DNA from: an uncultured Solirubrobacterales bacterium
Lineage (GTDB): Bacteria; Actinomycetota; Thermoleophilia; Solirubrobacterales; Solirubrobacteraceae
Direction: 5' to 3'
DNA length: 64,000 bases
Assembly (NCBI GenBank): GCA_963788385.1
Contig: CAWBGR010000012.1
Span: 24,843-88,842 of the forward strand
Below the pieces are notes generated by a model. It worked only from the letters and a program-made list of their open reading frames with translations, did no database searches and was not told the DNA's origin. Positions 1-9,683 of this stretch are shown in pieces. Numbering within the stretch: position 1 is the first letter of the stretch; each line of letters begins with the position of its first letter. Position numbers and translations under genes: made by a program.

Positions 1-2
1 TC

Positions 3-1007
3 ATGGTGGTCTTCGATCGCACGGTCGAGACGACGTTCTTCATCCCGAGCGCCGGCGGCAGCCCGTTCCTTTGGGATGAGCTGTTCTGGTTCTTCGGACA
101 CCCCGAGGTCTACATCCTCGCGCTGCCGGGCTTCGGGATCGTGCTCGAGATCCTGCCGGTGTTCGCACGCAAACCACTCTGGGGCTACCGCCTGGCGGTA
201 GCCGGGATGTTCGGCGTGGCGCTGATGAGCTTCATGGTCTGGCAGCACCACCTGTTCATGAGCGGGATCAACTCCGACCTGCGGCCGTTCTACATGTTCA
301 CGACTGAGTTGATTTCGATCCCGACCGGCCTGATCTTCCTCAACGGGATGGGGACGCTGTGGAAAGCGCGCATCCGCTTCACCGTGCCGATGCTGTTCGC
401 GCTCGCGTTCTTCTTCAACTTCCTGATCGGCGGGCTCTCTGGTGTTTTCCTCTCCGACGTGACGAGCGACGTCGTCACGCACGGAAGCTATTTCGTGATG
501 GCCCACTTCCACTACACGATCATGGGCGGACTGGTCTTCGCGCTGATGGGCGGCATCTACTTCTGGTTGCCGAAGATCACCGGCTTCAACCTGAACGAGA
601 AGCTCGGGAAGCTGCACTTCTGGACGATGTTCGTGTTCTTCAATCTCACCTTCTTCCCGCTGTTCGCCGCCGGCATGCTGGGCATGCCGCGGCGCGTCTC
701 CAGCTACAACGCCGCGCTGCACAACCTGAACGTGTTCGTCTCGATCGCCGCCTTCTGCTTGGGCCTTTCGATGCTCATCTTCCTTGTCAACCTCGTCTGG
801 TCGGTTGTGTTCCGGCGCGAGCGCGCCGAGGCGAACCCGTGGCAATCGAAGTCGCTCGAATGGCAGCTGCCCTCCCCGGTGCCCGTCTACAACTTTGAGC
901 GGATCCCCACGATCACGTCGCATCCGTATGGCTACGGCACGCCTGAGGCCCCGGCCGTCGCCGACTTCGGACCACGCGTCATCGCCGGTGAAGGCAGCGT
1001 CGCGTGA
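3..1007 (+). CDS. ctaD: cytochrome c oxidase (heme-copper oxidase) subunit I, C-terminal ~334 aa; 5' end lies outside the window
   Basis: Canonical subunit-I motifs are present: FGHPEVYILALPGFG (CuB His plus cross-linked Tyr), WQHHLFMSG (HH CuB ligands) and VMAHFHYTIMGG (heme His ligands). Multi-TM hydrophobic profile. Confidence 0.95.
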   Translation: MVVFDRTVETTFFIPSAGGSPFLWDELFWFFGHPEVYILALPGFGIVLEILPVFARKPLWGYRLAVAGMFGVALMSFMVWQHHLFMSGINSDLRPFYMFTTELISIPTGLIFLNGMGTLWKARIRFTVPMLFALAFFFNFLIGGLSGVFLSDVTSDVVTHGSYFVMAHFHYTIMGGLVFALMGGIYFWLPKITGFNLNEKLGKLHFWTMFVFFNLTFFPLFAAGMLGMPRRVSSYNAALHNLNVFVSIAAFCLGLSMLIFLVNLVWSVVFRRERAEANPWQSKSLEWQLPSPVPVYNFERIPTITSHPYGYGTPEAPAVADFGPRVIAGEGSVA

Positions 1008-1627
1008 GCACGCACGAGAGCCTCATCGCAGACCCCGAGGATCCCGCGGTCGTCGGACGCAACCTAGCGGTCGGCGCACGCCTGCTCGCGAGCGCGGTCG
1101 TGTTCTTTTTCATGGCGTTCGTGTTCGCGTTCTTCTACCTGCGGGCGCTCAACACCAGCCACGACTTCCATCCGGCCCACACCAATCCGCCCACGGGCTG
1201 GGGCGTGGCGATCCTGCTGTGCGTGCTCGGCTCGGTCGGGGCGTTCGAGCTGGCGCGCCGGGCACTCGATGACGGCAAGGAAAGCCCCTGGCGGACCGGC
1301 TCGCTGCTGGCGGGGGTGCTCGGCCTCGCCGCGATTGTCGTGCAGTTCATCGAGTACTACAACCTCCCGTTCGGCGCCAGCGACGGCGGTCTGGCGAGCG
1401 TGTTCCTTGGCTTCACCGTCGTGTTCACGCTGTTCTGGTTCGGCGCGGTGTACTGGATCGAGACGCTTTGGGCACAGTCGCTGCGCCAGCCGGCGGCCGC
1501 GCACTCGGATGGTGTCGCCGAGCCGTCGTCGCAGCTGCGGCCGAGTGCGGACGCGTGCGCCGTCTTCCTCTATGTGATGGTCCTCGTGGAGCTGTTCGCT
1601 TTCGTCCTGCTCTACCTCGTCAAGTGA
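1004..1627 (+). CDS. ctaE: cytochrome c oxidase subunit III-like membrane protein (207 aa)
   Basis: GTG start overlaps the ctaD stop (GTGA at 1004-1007). About 5 TM helices. Size and position match actinobacterial CtaE. Motifs FFYLRAL and the C-terminal WIETLW helix fit subunit III. Confidence 0.7.
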   Translation: MSTHESLIADPEDPAVVGRNLAVGARLLASAVVFFFMAFVFAFFYLRALNTSHDFHPAHTNPPTGWGVAILLCVLGSVGAFELARRALDDGKESPWRTGSLLAGVLGLAAIVVQFIEYYNLPFGASDGGLASVFLGFTVVFTLFWFGAVYWIETLWAQSLRQPAAAHSDGVAEPSSQLRPSADACAVFLYVMVLVELFAFVLLYLVK

Positions 1628-1836
1628 CCGTCGCCGGCCTGATACTCGCCGCGGACGGCACGACCACCTTCGCGGGCGCGCTCACGCTGGTGCTGCCGAT
1701 CGCGCTGGTCATCGTCGTGCTGGGCATATGGTGGGTGGCGCTTCGGCGGGGGCGCGCCGGCGCGGGCGCCGGCGCCGGCGTAACCAAGCCGCCGGTTCCC
1801 GGTGAGGAGCCACCGCCCGCGCATCACGTTCCGTGA
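1624..1836 (+). CDS. small single-TM protein (70 aa), possible oxidase-associated small subunit
   Basis: GTG start overlaps the ctaE stop (GTGA at 1624-1627), in frame with ORF 1468..1836. One hydrophobic helix (LTLVLPIALVIVVLGIWWVAL) followed by an (AG)n/Pro-rich tail. I recognise no family. Confidence 0.4.
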   Translation: MTVAGLILAADGTTTFAGALTLVLPIALVIVVLGIWWVALRRGRAGAGAGAGVTKPPVPGEEPPPAHHVP

Positions 1837-1867
1837 TGCGCGGCCGGCCTGAGCCTGGCGCGTCACG

Positions 1868-2716
1868 ATGCCGGCTGCCGTAGACCTCCCGCTCGCTGTC
1901 CTTTCGCTCGTCGCCTGCCTGCACGTCCTCGGCGAGCACCGCGCGGTGCGCCTGCTCAGGCGACCGCGCAGTCGGCGCGAACGCTGGCGCGCGGCTTCCT
2001 TCTACGCCGGTCTGCTGGTGATCCTGGCCGCCCTCGCCTCACCCATCGACACGCTGGCCGAGAAGCTCTTCTGGGTGCACATGACCCAGCACGTGATGCT
2101 GCTGACGATCGCCGCTCCGTTGATCGTGCTGGGCGCGCCGTGGGCGTCGATCTGGCGCCCGCTGCCGCTGGGCTTTCGCCGCAGCGTCGCCAAGACGATC
2201 AGCCGCTCGAGCTGGTGCGCCCCCCTTCGCGGGCTGGGGCGACTGCTTTCGCGGCCGATCCCCGTCTGGATCGTTTTCAACGCGAATCTCGTCGCCTGGC
2301 ACGTACCGGCCCTTTATGACCTCGCCGTCCGCGACCGCGCGGTACACGACCTCGAGCACGTGACATTCCTGGTGTTTGGCGTGCTGCTCTGGGCGCAGGT
2401 GCTGGATTCCCCGCCGTTGCGCGCACGCCTCAGCGCCATTCACCGGGTCTACTACATGGTCGCCTCGGCGACCGTCGGCTGGGTCGTTGCACTCGTCCTG
2501 GTTTTCGCCTCCTCGCCGCTGTACCCCGCCTACGCACACCTCGCGCACCGGCCCGGCGGCATCTCCGCGTTGACCGACCAGCAGCTGGCCGGGGGCGTGA
2601 TGCTGGTTCCTGGATCGCTCTCGATCACGCTGTTCGTATTCATCCAGCTCTACCTCTGGATCGGGGTCGACGAGGACTCCGCCAAGCGGCGCGGCAGCGC
2701 GCTGAGGCCGCTCTAG
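1868..2716 (+). CDS. ctaG: cytochrome c oxidase assembly factor, Caa3_CtaG-type membrane protein
   Basis: Polytopic membrane protein directly downstream of ctaD/ctaE. Family-typical motifs: HMTQHVMLLTIAAPLIVLG, HDLEHVTFLVFGVLLW and DQQLAGGVM. Confidence 0.75.
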   Translation: MPAAVDLPLAVLSLVACLHVLGEHRAVRLLRRPRSRRERWRAASFYAGLLVILAALASPIDTLAEKLFWVHMTQHVMLLTIAAPLIVLGAPWASIWRPLPLGFRRSVAKTISRSSWCAPLRGLGRLLSRPIPVWIVFNANLVAWHVPALYDLAVRDRAVHDLEHVTFLVFGVLLWAQVLDSPPLRARLSAIHRVYYMVASATVGWVVALVLVFASSPLYPAYAHLAHRPGGISALTDQQLAGGVMLVPGSLSITLFVFIQLYLWIGVDEDSAKRRGSALRPL

Positions 2717-2952
2717 CCCACCGAAGCGCGCCCGCGAGAGCTTTTCTACGACAGACGTCCAATCCGTTTGTCACGGCGCGACCCGTGCCTCAACATGACG
2801 GCGCCGGCGCAAATCTCATGGCCGACTGGCGGACCCCACCGTCTCACCACTAGACAAGCGACCCGTCCGCTCGCGACGGGCCTGCGCCACCACAGGACTC
2901 TACGACCAGACGGTTTGGTCGCGGCACCGCCAAGAAAGGCACTCCCACTCAA

Positions 2953-3603
2953 ATGTCATCGTTCGCGGCCGGATCCAGACCCCGCCACACAATGCGCCGC
3001 CTCCTGCTGAGCGCCGGAGTGCTCGGCGGCCTCGCCCTCACGGCACTGCCGCTCGCCTCGGCACAGGCGGCCAACCTCACCGCCACGACCCCCTGCGGCA
3101 GCACGACGCTTTCACAGCCATTCACGCGCTGGGGAGACGCCGGCTACTACTGGCTGCTGCCGGGCGGAAGCTTCGAAAGCGCCCTGACCGGCTGGACGCT
3201 CAGCGGCGGCGCGGCCAAGGTCGCCGGCAGTGAGCCATTTGCGGTGACCGGTTCGCTGGGGGCGTCCTCGCTCTCGCTGCCGGCGGGCGCCAGCGTGCAG
3301 ACACCGTTCGTCTGCGTCGACGGCGCTGACACCTACTTTCGTTTCTTCGCACTGAACAAGGCTCCGGGGTCGAGCCTCAGCGTCTCCGTCGTCTACACGA
3401 TCGCCGGCCTGCAGACCGCCTTCCCTGTGGGGACGGTCGTGGGCGACTCGACGTGGCAGCCCGCCGCCGCGATGCACACCGGCGGCAAGATCGCCTCGAA
3501 GCTCTCGCTCAACGGCACGGCGCAGATGGCGTTGCGCTTCACCGCCACCGGCGGCACCTCGCAGATCGACGACGTCTTCGTCGATCCTCGGCTGAAGCAC
3601 TGA
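2953..3603 (+). CDS. secreted protein of unknown function (signal peptide, beta-rich)
   Basis: N-terminal MRRLLLSAGVLGGLALTALPLASAQA signal peptide (alternative start at 2992). High GC3 coding pattern. A strong hairpin follows the stop. Confidence 0.6.
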   Translation: MSSFAAGSRPRHTMRRLLLSAGVLGGLALTALPLASAQAANLTATTPCGSTTLSQPFTRWGDAGYYWLLPGGSFESALTGWTLSGGAAKVAGSEPFAVTGSLGASSLSLPAGASVQTPFVCVDGADTYFRFFALNKAPGSSLSVSVVYTIAGLQTAFPVGTVVGDSTWQPAAAMHTGGKIASKLSLNGTAQMALRFTATGGTSQIDDVFVDPRLKH

Positions 3604-3612
3604 CGTTGGCGA

Positions 3613-3649
3613 CCGGTCGATCCTGCTGCGATCGAGCAGGACCGACCGG
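3613..3649 (+). terminator. stem-loop immediately after the stop of 2953..3603 (candidate intrinsic terminator, no U-tract)
   Basis: Arms ccggtcgatcctgct / agcaggaccgaccgg are 15 nt with one mismatch, around a 7-nt loop gcgatcg. The structure starts 10 nt after the TGA. Confidence 0.5.
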
Positions 3650-3830
3650 CGGCCACTCCCGCCCCTGGAACGGGACCGGCTGAACTCCAGCCCGGCCCCG
3701 GTCCAAGACTCCCGGGAGACGCTGGCGCCCGCCCGCCGGCGTGACCGTGGCGATTGCAGGGCGTCCGGCTTGGGGCAGCGATTAGGCCGCAAGCCGCCGA
3801 ATCACGCCAGTAGGACGCTCACGAGGATCG

Positions 3831-5999
3831 TTGACGGTCGTAAAGATCGCCATTGGATCCGTCGATACTTTCGACATGCTGGGCCAGCTCAGCCTCGAGC
3901 TCCAGGCCGTCATCGCGGACACGCTGCAGGAGCCGGGCGCGCGGATGACGGTGCGCGAGCGGCTTGTAGAGGCGCTAGTCGGAGGCGGGTTCATCGCCGC
4001 CGTGGTGGGCGTGTGGGCGCTTACGCCGCCACACGGCTTCGGAATGACCGCTGCAATCGCGTGTTTCGTCGTCCTCGTGGCTGCGCTGCGCGTGCGCGTG
4101 GACACCCCGTTCGGCTTCACCGTCCCGGCGCAGCTCGCCTACGTCCCGCTGCTGTTCGCGATGCCGGTCGCGCTCGTCCCGATCGCGGTCGCCGCCGCCA
4201 TGGCGCTCGCCCGTCTGCCTGAGATCATCACGGGCGACACGCGGGCCAGCCGACTGGGCCAGAGCTTTGGCAATGCGTGGTTCGCGATCGGACCGGCGTT
4301 CGTGTTCGCAATCGCCAGGGTCGCCCCGACCAGGGCTTCGCCCGCACTGCTGATCGGGGCGCTCGCGGCCCAGTTCGTCGTCGACTTCGGGGTTTCGGGA
4401 CTGCGTTTTGCGCTCGGCCGCGGCGCCACGCTCGCCGCCCAGCTCGGCGACAGCTGGGTCTACGTCGTCGACGCCGGGCTCTCGGGGATAGGCCTGCTTG
4501 TGGCCAACGAGGTTCACAGCTCTCCCCTCGCTCCCCTCGCTCTGCTCCCGTTGCTCGGGCTCGTGGCGATGTTCGCGCGGGAGCGGCGCGAGCGTCTGGA
4601 AAGCCTGCTCGAGCTCAACGACGCCTACCGCGTCGCCCGCGACGAGGCGATCGAGGCCTCGAAGATGAAATCGGCCTTCCTCGCCAACGTGAGCCACGAG
4701 ATCCGAACACCGATGAACGGAGTGATCGGCATGAACGACCTGCTGCTCGAAACGCCGCTCAGCAAGGAGCAGCGGACCTACGCCGAGCAGGTGAGCCGCT
4801 CTAGCGAGCACATGCTCGCGATCATCAACGACATCCTCGACATCTCCACGATCGAGACGGGACGCCTCAAGCTGGATCGCGTCGACTTCGACCTGCGCGA
4901 CACCGTCGACCAGGCGTGCGCGCCGGGTGCGCTGCACGCACGAAGCCAGGGAGTCGATCTGGCAATCGAAATCGACCCGGAGCTGCCGCGCCGGGTGACC
5001 GGCGACGGTTCGCGCCTGCGCCAGGTGCTGATGAATCTCGTCTCCAACGCCGCCAAGTTCACCACCGCCGGCTCGGTCACGGTCCGGCTCAGCAAGGCTC
5101 CGGACCCGGGGATCAACGGCATCCGCTTCGAGGTCACCGACACCGGTATCGGGATCGACCCCCAGGCCCTGGAGCGCATGTTCGAGCCGTTCACGCAGGC
5201 CGACGTCTCGACCACGCGCGTGTACGGAGGCAACGGCCTTGGGCTCGCCATCGCAAAGGAGCTCGTCGAGCTCATGGGCGGCGCGATCGAGGCCGAGAGC
5301 GAGCTGGGCGCCGGCAGCCGGTTCTGGTTCGAGCTGGCGCTGCCACCGGCCGCGGCGAGCGACGGAGCACCGGTGGCCGCGGCCGCGCTGCGGGCCGTTG
5401 CGCCCCGACCGCAAGCGAGCAGCCGCCCGTCCCTCGCCGCAGACCATACGCCGGCTCGCGACACCCGCGTCGGCGAGCCGCCCAGCCCCGCGGGTCGCCA
5501 GCCAGTCAGCGTCGAGTCTGCCGCGAGCGACTCCGGCTCGGCGCGGGATACGGACAAGCCCGACCGCCGGTCCCCCGCGATCGTGCTGGTGGTCGAGGAC
5601 AGTCCCGTCAACCGCCTCGTCGCAGGACGCGTGCTCGAGCGCGCAGGCTTTCGTACCCAACTCGTCGACGACGCTTTGCAGGCGCTTGAGGCGCTTGACG
5701 TTCAGCAGTTCGACGCCATCCTCATGGATTGCCAGATGCCCGGCATGGACGGCTACGAGGCAACGCGCGAGCTGCGCCGTCGCGAGAGCGCCGGCGGGCG
5801 GCACACGCCGGTGATTGCGATGACCGCGCACGCGATGACCGGAGACCGCGAACGATGCCTGGACGCGGGCATGGACGACTACATCACAAAGCCTGTTCGC
5901 TCCCAGGTGCTGGTGGAAGTGCTGCAACGCTGGATCGGTGACGAGCGTGTCGCGGGGGCCTACGACGAGGACTCACTGCGCGTCGCGGCCGTACCGTGA
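3831..5999 (+). CDS. hybrid sensor histidine kinase / response regulator (membrane N-domain, HisKA, HATPase_c, REC)
   Basis: H-box [21 protein letters not shown] boxes [12 protein letters not shown] and [17 protein letters not shown]-terminal receiver [11 protein letters not shown]...[16 protein letters not shown]...ITKP. Several N-terminal TM helices. Confidence 0.9.
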   Translation: MTVVKIAIGSVDTFDMLGQLSLELQAVIADTLQEPGARMTVRERLVEALVGGGFIAAVVGVWALTPPHGFGMTAAIACFVVLVAALRVRVDTPFGFTVPAQLAYVPLLFAMPVALVPIAVAAAMALARLPEIITGDTRASRLGQSFGNAWFAIGPAFVFAIARVAPTRASPALLIGALAAQFVVDFGVSGLRFALGRGATLAAQLGDSWVYVVDAGLSGIGLLVANEVHSSPLAPLALLPLLGLVAMFARERRERLESLLELNDAYRVARDEAIEASKMKSAFLANVSHEIRTPMNGVIGMNDLLLETPLSKEQRTYAEQVSRSSEHMLAIINDILDISTIETGRLKLDRVDFDLRDTVDQACAPGALHARSQGVDLAIEIDPELPRRVTGDGSRLRQVLMNLVSNAAKFTTAGSVTVRLSKAPDPGINGIRFEVTDTGIGIDPQALERMFEPFTQADVSTTRVYGGNGLGLAIAKELVELMGGAIEAESELGAGSRFWFELALPPAAASDGAPVAAAALRAVAPRPQASSRPSLAADHTPARDTRVGEPPSPAGRQPVSVESAASDSGSARDTDKPDRRSPAIVLVVEDSPVNRLVAGRVLERAGFRTQLVDDALQALEALDVQQFDAILMDCQMPGMDGYEATRELRRRESAGGRHTPVIAMTAHAMTGDRERCLDAGMDDYITKPVRSQVLVEVLQRWIGDERVAGAYDEDSLRVAAVP

Positions 6000-6042
6000 G
6001 GCGGACCGCAGCGGCGACCGCAGCAGCGGGACCGCCGAGGCC

Positions 6043-6064
6043 GACCCGCCCCGCGCGGCGGGTC
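6043..6064. terminator. GC hairpin between convergent genes (candidate bidirectional terminator)
   Basis: gacccgcc-ccgcgc-ggcgggtc: perfect 8-bp stem with a 6-nt loop, between the kinase stop (5999) and the hyuB stop (6117). No U-tract. Confidence 0.3.
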
Positions 6065-6116
6065 CCGGGCTGACTCACCCCCAGGCTTTAGTCGCCCGCC
6101 GGCGGCCGCCTCACCT

Positions 6117-7667
6117 TCACCGATCGTCCCGCCGTGCGGGATCCGTCGCGCCGGGCACCGCTGGCTGCTGAGCGTCGTGCCCGTAGCCGCCGCCGCCTGG
6201 CGTCTCGATTCGCAGGCGCGAGCCGGCCGCCATCGTCCCGGTTGATTTCCCGCCGAGCGGCTCGCCGTCGAGTGTGTCGCGGCCGGGCGCCCCGTCCTCC
6301 CCTCCGTCCGCGCCACGCGGACGACGGCGCCGGCGCTCGGCAATCAGCGAGAACTGCATCGGCTCGAGCGCCTCGAGTTCGCGGACGATGCCGTCGCCGC
6401 CGCGAAACCTCCCCGCCCCGCCGGAGTCCCGCCGGCGCTCGCTGCGCAGGACCTGAAGCGGGTATGCGCGCTCGAGCGCCTCGACCGGGGTGTTGAGGGT
6501 GTTGCTCATCGCGACGTGCACGCAACTCGGCCCGTTCGCGTCGGAGCAGGCGCCCTGGCCGCCGCCGATCGTCTCGTAGTAGGAGAAGCCGGCGTTACCA
6601 AGCGTCAGGTTGTTCATCGTCCCCTGCCCGAGCGCCCGGCCGAACGCACCGAGCACGAGATCGGCGACACGTGAGGAGGTCTCGACGTTGCCGGCGGCAA
6701 CCGCAGCCGGGCGACGCGCGTTCAACAACGAGCCGGCGGGGGCGCAAATCTCGATCGGCCGGTAGGCGCCGGCATTGGGCGGCGTCTCGGGATCGGTCAG
6801 CACGCGTATCGCGAAGTAGCACGCGGAACGCGTCACCGCCAGCGGAGCGTTGAGGTTGCCCGGATGCTGTCCGGCGCTGTCAGCGAAGTCGAGCACGATG
6901 CGCCCGCCGCACACCGTCGCCCGCAAGCGCAACTCGAGATCGCCTTCGGGCGCCTCGATGACGTCGCGCGCCTCGCGCACCCCGTCGCCCAGCGCGGCGA
7001 TCGCAGCACGCGCCCGCCGCTCGCCGTAGTCGAGCACCGACGCCAGCGTTCGCTCGAGGTCCCGCGGCCCAAGCCGGCGTGCGAGCTCCTGGAGCCGTCG
7101 CGCGCCGATCACGTTCGCAGCCAGCTGCGCGCGCAGGTCGGCTGCCCGCTCCGCGGGCTGGCGCATCGATGCGACGAGCCCGTGGATCTGTGCCTCCGCG
7201 AACGGTTGCGGCGGGATCAGGACGCCTTCCTCGGCCAACGTGTGGCTGTCCGCCGGCATCGAACCGGCCGTGATCCCGCCGACATCGGCGTGGTGCGCGC
7301 GCGTCGCGGCGAAGCCGATCAGCCGGCCGTCGAGGTGAGCCGCGCTGATGACCGTGATATCCGGCAGGTGCGTGCCACCGGCGAACGGGTCGTTGAGGAT
7401 CCACGAGCGGCCCGGCGGCTGGTCGTGCGCGAGCACCGTCGCGACCGCGGCAGGCATCGCGCCGAGGTGAACCGGAATGTGCTCGGCCTGCATGATCATC
7501 TCACCGCGCGCGTTGAACAGGGCGCTCGACGCGTCGCGGCGCTCTTTGATGTTCGGCGAGTGCGCGGCCCGGATCAGCAGCGCACCCATCTCCTCGCACG
7601 CGGCATGCAGCGCCCCCAGGGTTATTGGCAGCTCGATCGGGTCGCCGGCCCGCGTTCCTGCGTTCAT
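6117..7667 (-). CDS. hyuB: hydantoinase B / oxoprolinase family protein
   Basis: Hydantoinase_B-like sequence from MNAGTRAGDPIELPI...HSPNIKERRDASSALF...EHIPVHLGAM. ATG at 7667 overlaps the hyuA stop (ATGA). The longer ORF (to 7904) is an Arg/Gly-rich extension overlapping hyuA. Confidence 0.9.
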   Translation of the reverse strand: MNAGTRAGDPIELPITLGALHAACEEMGALLIRAAHSPNIKERRDASSALFNARGEMIMQAEHIPVHLGAMPAAVATVLAHDQPPGRSWILNDPFAGGTHLPDITVISAAHLDGRLIGFAATRAHHADVGGITAGSMPADSHTLAEEGVLIPPQPFAEAQIHGLVASMRQPAERAADLRAQLAANVIGARRLQELARRLGPRDLERTLASVLDYGERRARAAIAALGDGVREARDVIEAPEGDLELRLRATVCGGRIVLDFADSAGQHPGNLNAPLAVTRSACYFAIRVLTDPETPPNAGAYRPIEICAPAGSLLNARRPAAVAAGNVETSSRVADLVLGAFGRALGQGTMNNLTLGNAGFSYYETIGGGQGACSDANGPSCVHVAMSNTLNTPVEALERAYPLQVLRSERRRDSGGAGRFRGGDGIVRELEALEPMQFSLIAERRRRRPRGADGGEDGAPGRDTLDGEPLGGKSTGTMAAGSRLRIETPGGGGYGHDAQQPAVPGATDPARRDDR

Positions 7668-9607
7668 GTGCGGGTCAGCTCGATCGTCGCATCGGCCAGG
7701 ACAAGTCCACTCCAGCCCGGCGTTAGGAGCAGCGTCGAGCCCGTCATCGCGCAGAGCGCCGGGGCCGGGATTCGCTCGCCAGGCGGCGGGTCGCCCACGA
7801 TCAGCGCCGCCTCCAGCTCCCGCCCGCCAAGGCGGATGCGCGTGCCTGACCGGCTCACCTGCGAGCTTGCCGCACGCGTCGCAAACGAAGGTGCCTCGCC
7901 CCACACCGACACCGTTACCGTGACGAGCTCGATCTCGCTCCCGGTTTCGCTGTACCCGTAAGCCCGTTCGTGTGCCTCCTCAAAGCGCGTACGAAGCAGG
8001 CGTGCGTCGGCATCCGGCGGGGCGTCGACGGTCAGCTCGAACGACTGGCCGCGATATCGCAGCGAGTAGCGCACGCGCTCCTCGCATGGATCGCTGCCGA
8101 GCTGCGCCCGCGCGCGGGCGCGCAAAGGCCCAACCGCCGCGGCGTCGAACGCGCCTGTCGCGTCGCGGCGTGGCGCCGCCGCCGCCAGCCCGAGCGCCGA
8201 GAGGACGCCGCAAGCCCGCGGGCAGAGAATCCGGCGGATGCCCAATTCCTCCGCGATCGCAGTTGCATGCAGTGGGCCCGCGCCGCCGAACGCCATCAGC
8301 GCGTAGGCACGCGGGTCGATACCCCGGGCGACCGTCACTGCTCGCATCGCCCGGAGCATCTCGGCGTTCGCGACCTCGACGATGCCTTCGGCGGCGCGCA
8401 GCGGCTCCACGTCCAGCTCCTGCGCGAGGCGCCCGACAGCGGCCAGCGCCAGCGCGTGATCGAGGCGCACGCCCCCCGCGAGCAGCCCGCCGCTTGGCAG
8501 GTGTCCGAGCACGAGATGGGCGTCGGTGACGGTCGGCTGCGTGCCGCCGCGCCCGTAGCCCGCCGGCCCGGGCACCGCGCCGGCCGATCGCGGGCCGACG
8601 CGCAGGACCCCGCCCGGGTCACACCAGCCGATTGAGCCGCCGCCGGCGCCGACCGTCTCGATGTCCAGGCTGGGCAGCGCGAGCGGCCGACCCGCGATCC
8701 TACGACGGTCCGTCTCGCGAACCTCGCCCCGGTCGATCACGCAGACGTCGGTGGAGGTGCCACCCATGTCAAAGCAGAGCACGTCGCGCGCGCCCGCTGC
8801 CGCCGCGATCAGGCGCGCTCCCTGGGCCCCTGCGGCCGGACCGGAGAGAACTGTCAGCGCCCCGTGCGCGCCGGCTCGCGCCGCGCTCGTCAGACCGCCC
8901 GATGACTGCATCACGCCGACGGCCGGCAGCCCAACCTGCGCACAGCGATCGGCGAGCCCGGCGAGGTGACGGCACAGCAGCGGCGAGAGCGCGGCGTCAA
9001 GCTCGGTCGTGGCTCCACGCTCGTATTCGCGCGGCGTGGCGCTGACCTCGTGCGAGAGCGAGATATGGACGTCGGGCATCTGGCGGCGCAAGGCGGCGCC
9101 CACCTCGAGCTCGTGCGCAGGGTGCGCGGACGCGTGCAGCAGGACGACCGCGATCGCCTCGACCGAAGCCGCGGCGACCGCCGACGCCAACTCCGCGAGG
9201 CCTGCCGGTGCGCGCAGCGGACCGTGCGGCCCGGTCCGCTCCTGGACCCCAAAGCGCAACGGCGCCGGCGCGAGCGCCGGCGGATGTTCGGCGCAGAGCC
9301 TGTAGAGGTCGGCGCGCGCCTGGCGGCCCAGCTCGATCAGGTCGGTGAAGCCTTCCGTGGCTACCAGCGCCGTGCGTGCCGTGCGCCCCTCGAGCAGAGC
9401 GTTGGTCGTCACCGTCGTGCCGTGGGCGAACGCGGAGATCTCGGCCGCCGTGACGCCCGCGGCGTCCAACGCGCCCTCGATCGCCCGGATCACTCCGACG
9501 ACCTCCTCGGCCGGGGTACTCAGCGTCTTCGCCGTATACACCTCCCCGGTCTGTGAGACCACAACCGCATCGGTGAAGGTCCCCCCCACATCAACGCCGA
9601 GCAGCAT
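7664..9607 (-). CDS. hyuA: hydantoinase A / oxoprolinase family protein (ATP-dependent)
   Basis: Start chosen at MLLGVDVGGTFTDAVV (sugar-kinase/actin-fold phosphate-1 motif). A second ATPase motif, FDMGGTSTDV, is present. The upstream part of ORF 7664..9841 is Arg-rich and overlaps the next gene. Confidence 0.9.
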   Translation of the reverse strand: MLLGVDVGGTFTDAVVVSQTGEVYTAKTLSTPAEEVVGVIRAIEGALDAAGVTAAEISAFAHGTTVTTNALLEGRTARTALVATEGFTDLIELGRQARADLYRLCAEHPPALAPAPLRFGVQERTGPHGPLRAPAGLAELASAVAAASVEAIAVVLLHASAHPAHELEVGAALRRQMPDVHISLSHEVSATPREYERGATTELDAALSPLLCRHLAGLADRCAQVGLPAVGVMQSSGGLTSAARAGAHGALTVLSGPAAGAQGARLIAAAAGARDVLCFDMGGTSTDVCVIDRGEVRETDRRRIAGRPLALPSLDIETVGAGGGSIGWCDPGGVLRVGPRSAGAVPGPAGYGRGGTQPTVTDAHLVLGHLPSGGLLAGGVRLDHALALAAVGRLAQELDVEPLRAAEGIVEVANAEMLRAMRAVTVARGIDPRAYALMAFGGAGPLHATAIAEELGIRRILCPRACGVLSALGLAAAAPRRDATGAFDAAAVGPLRARARAQLGSDPCEERVRYSLRYRGQSFELTVDAPPDADARLLRTRFEEAHERAYGYSETGSEIELVTVTVSVWGEAPSFATRAASSQVSRSGTRIRLGGRELEAALIVGDPPPGERIPAPALCAMTGSTLLLTPGWSGLVLADATIELTRT

Positions 9608-9683
9608 CGCCGGCACGTTATCGATGCTCGCGCGGGCACCGCATCGCCTCTGTGCCCGGCGGCACTCCGCGCCGCAGCGGTGG

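Noticed and set aside
1741-1800. Short GCC/GGC-type microrepeats; also the Pro/Thr-coding repeats around 37,735-37,775
   Set aside because: They are in-frame low-complexity coding segments: the (Ala-Gly)n tail of the small TM ORF and the AP/TP linker of PabAB. They are not CRISPR or intergenic tandem repeats. No CRISPR-like repeat-spacer structure was seen anywhere.
3975-5927. 650-aa ORF on the minus strand
   Set aside because: It is entirely antisense to the well-supported hybrid histidine kinase. Its Arg/Gly/Asp-rich composition is typical of out-of-frame or antisense ORFs in very GC-rich DNA, and I recognise no motifs.
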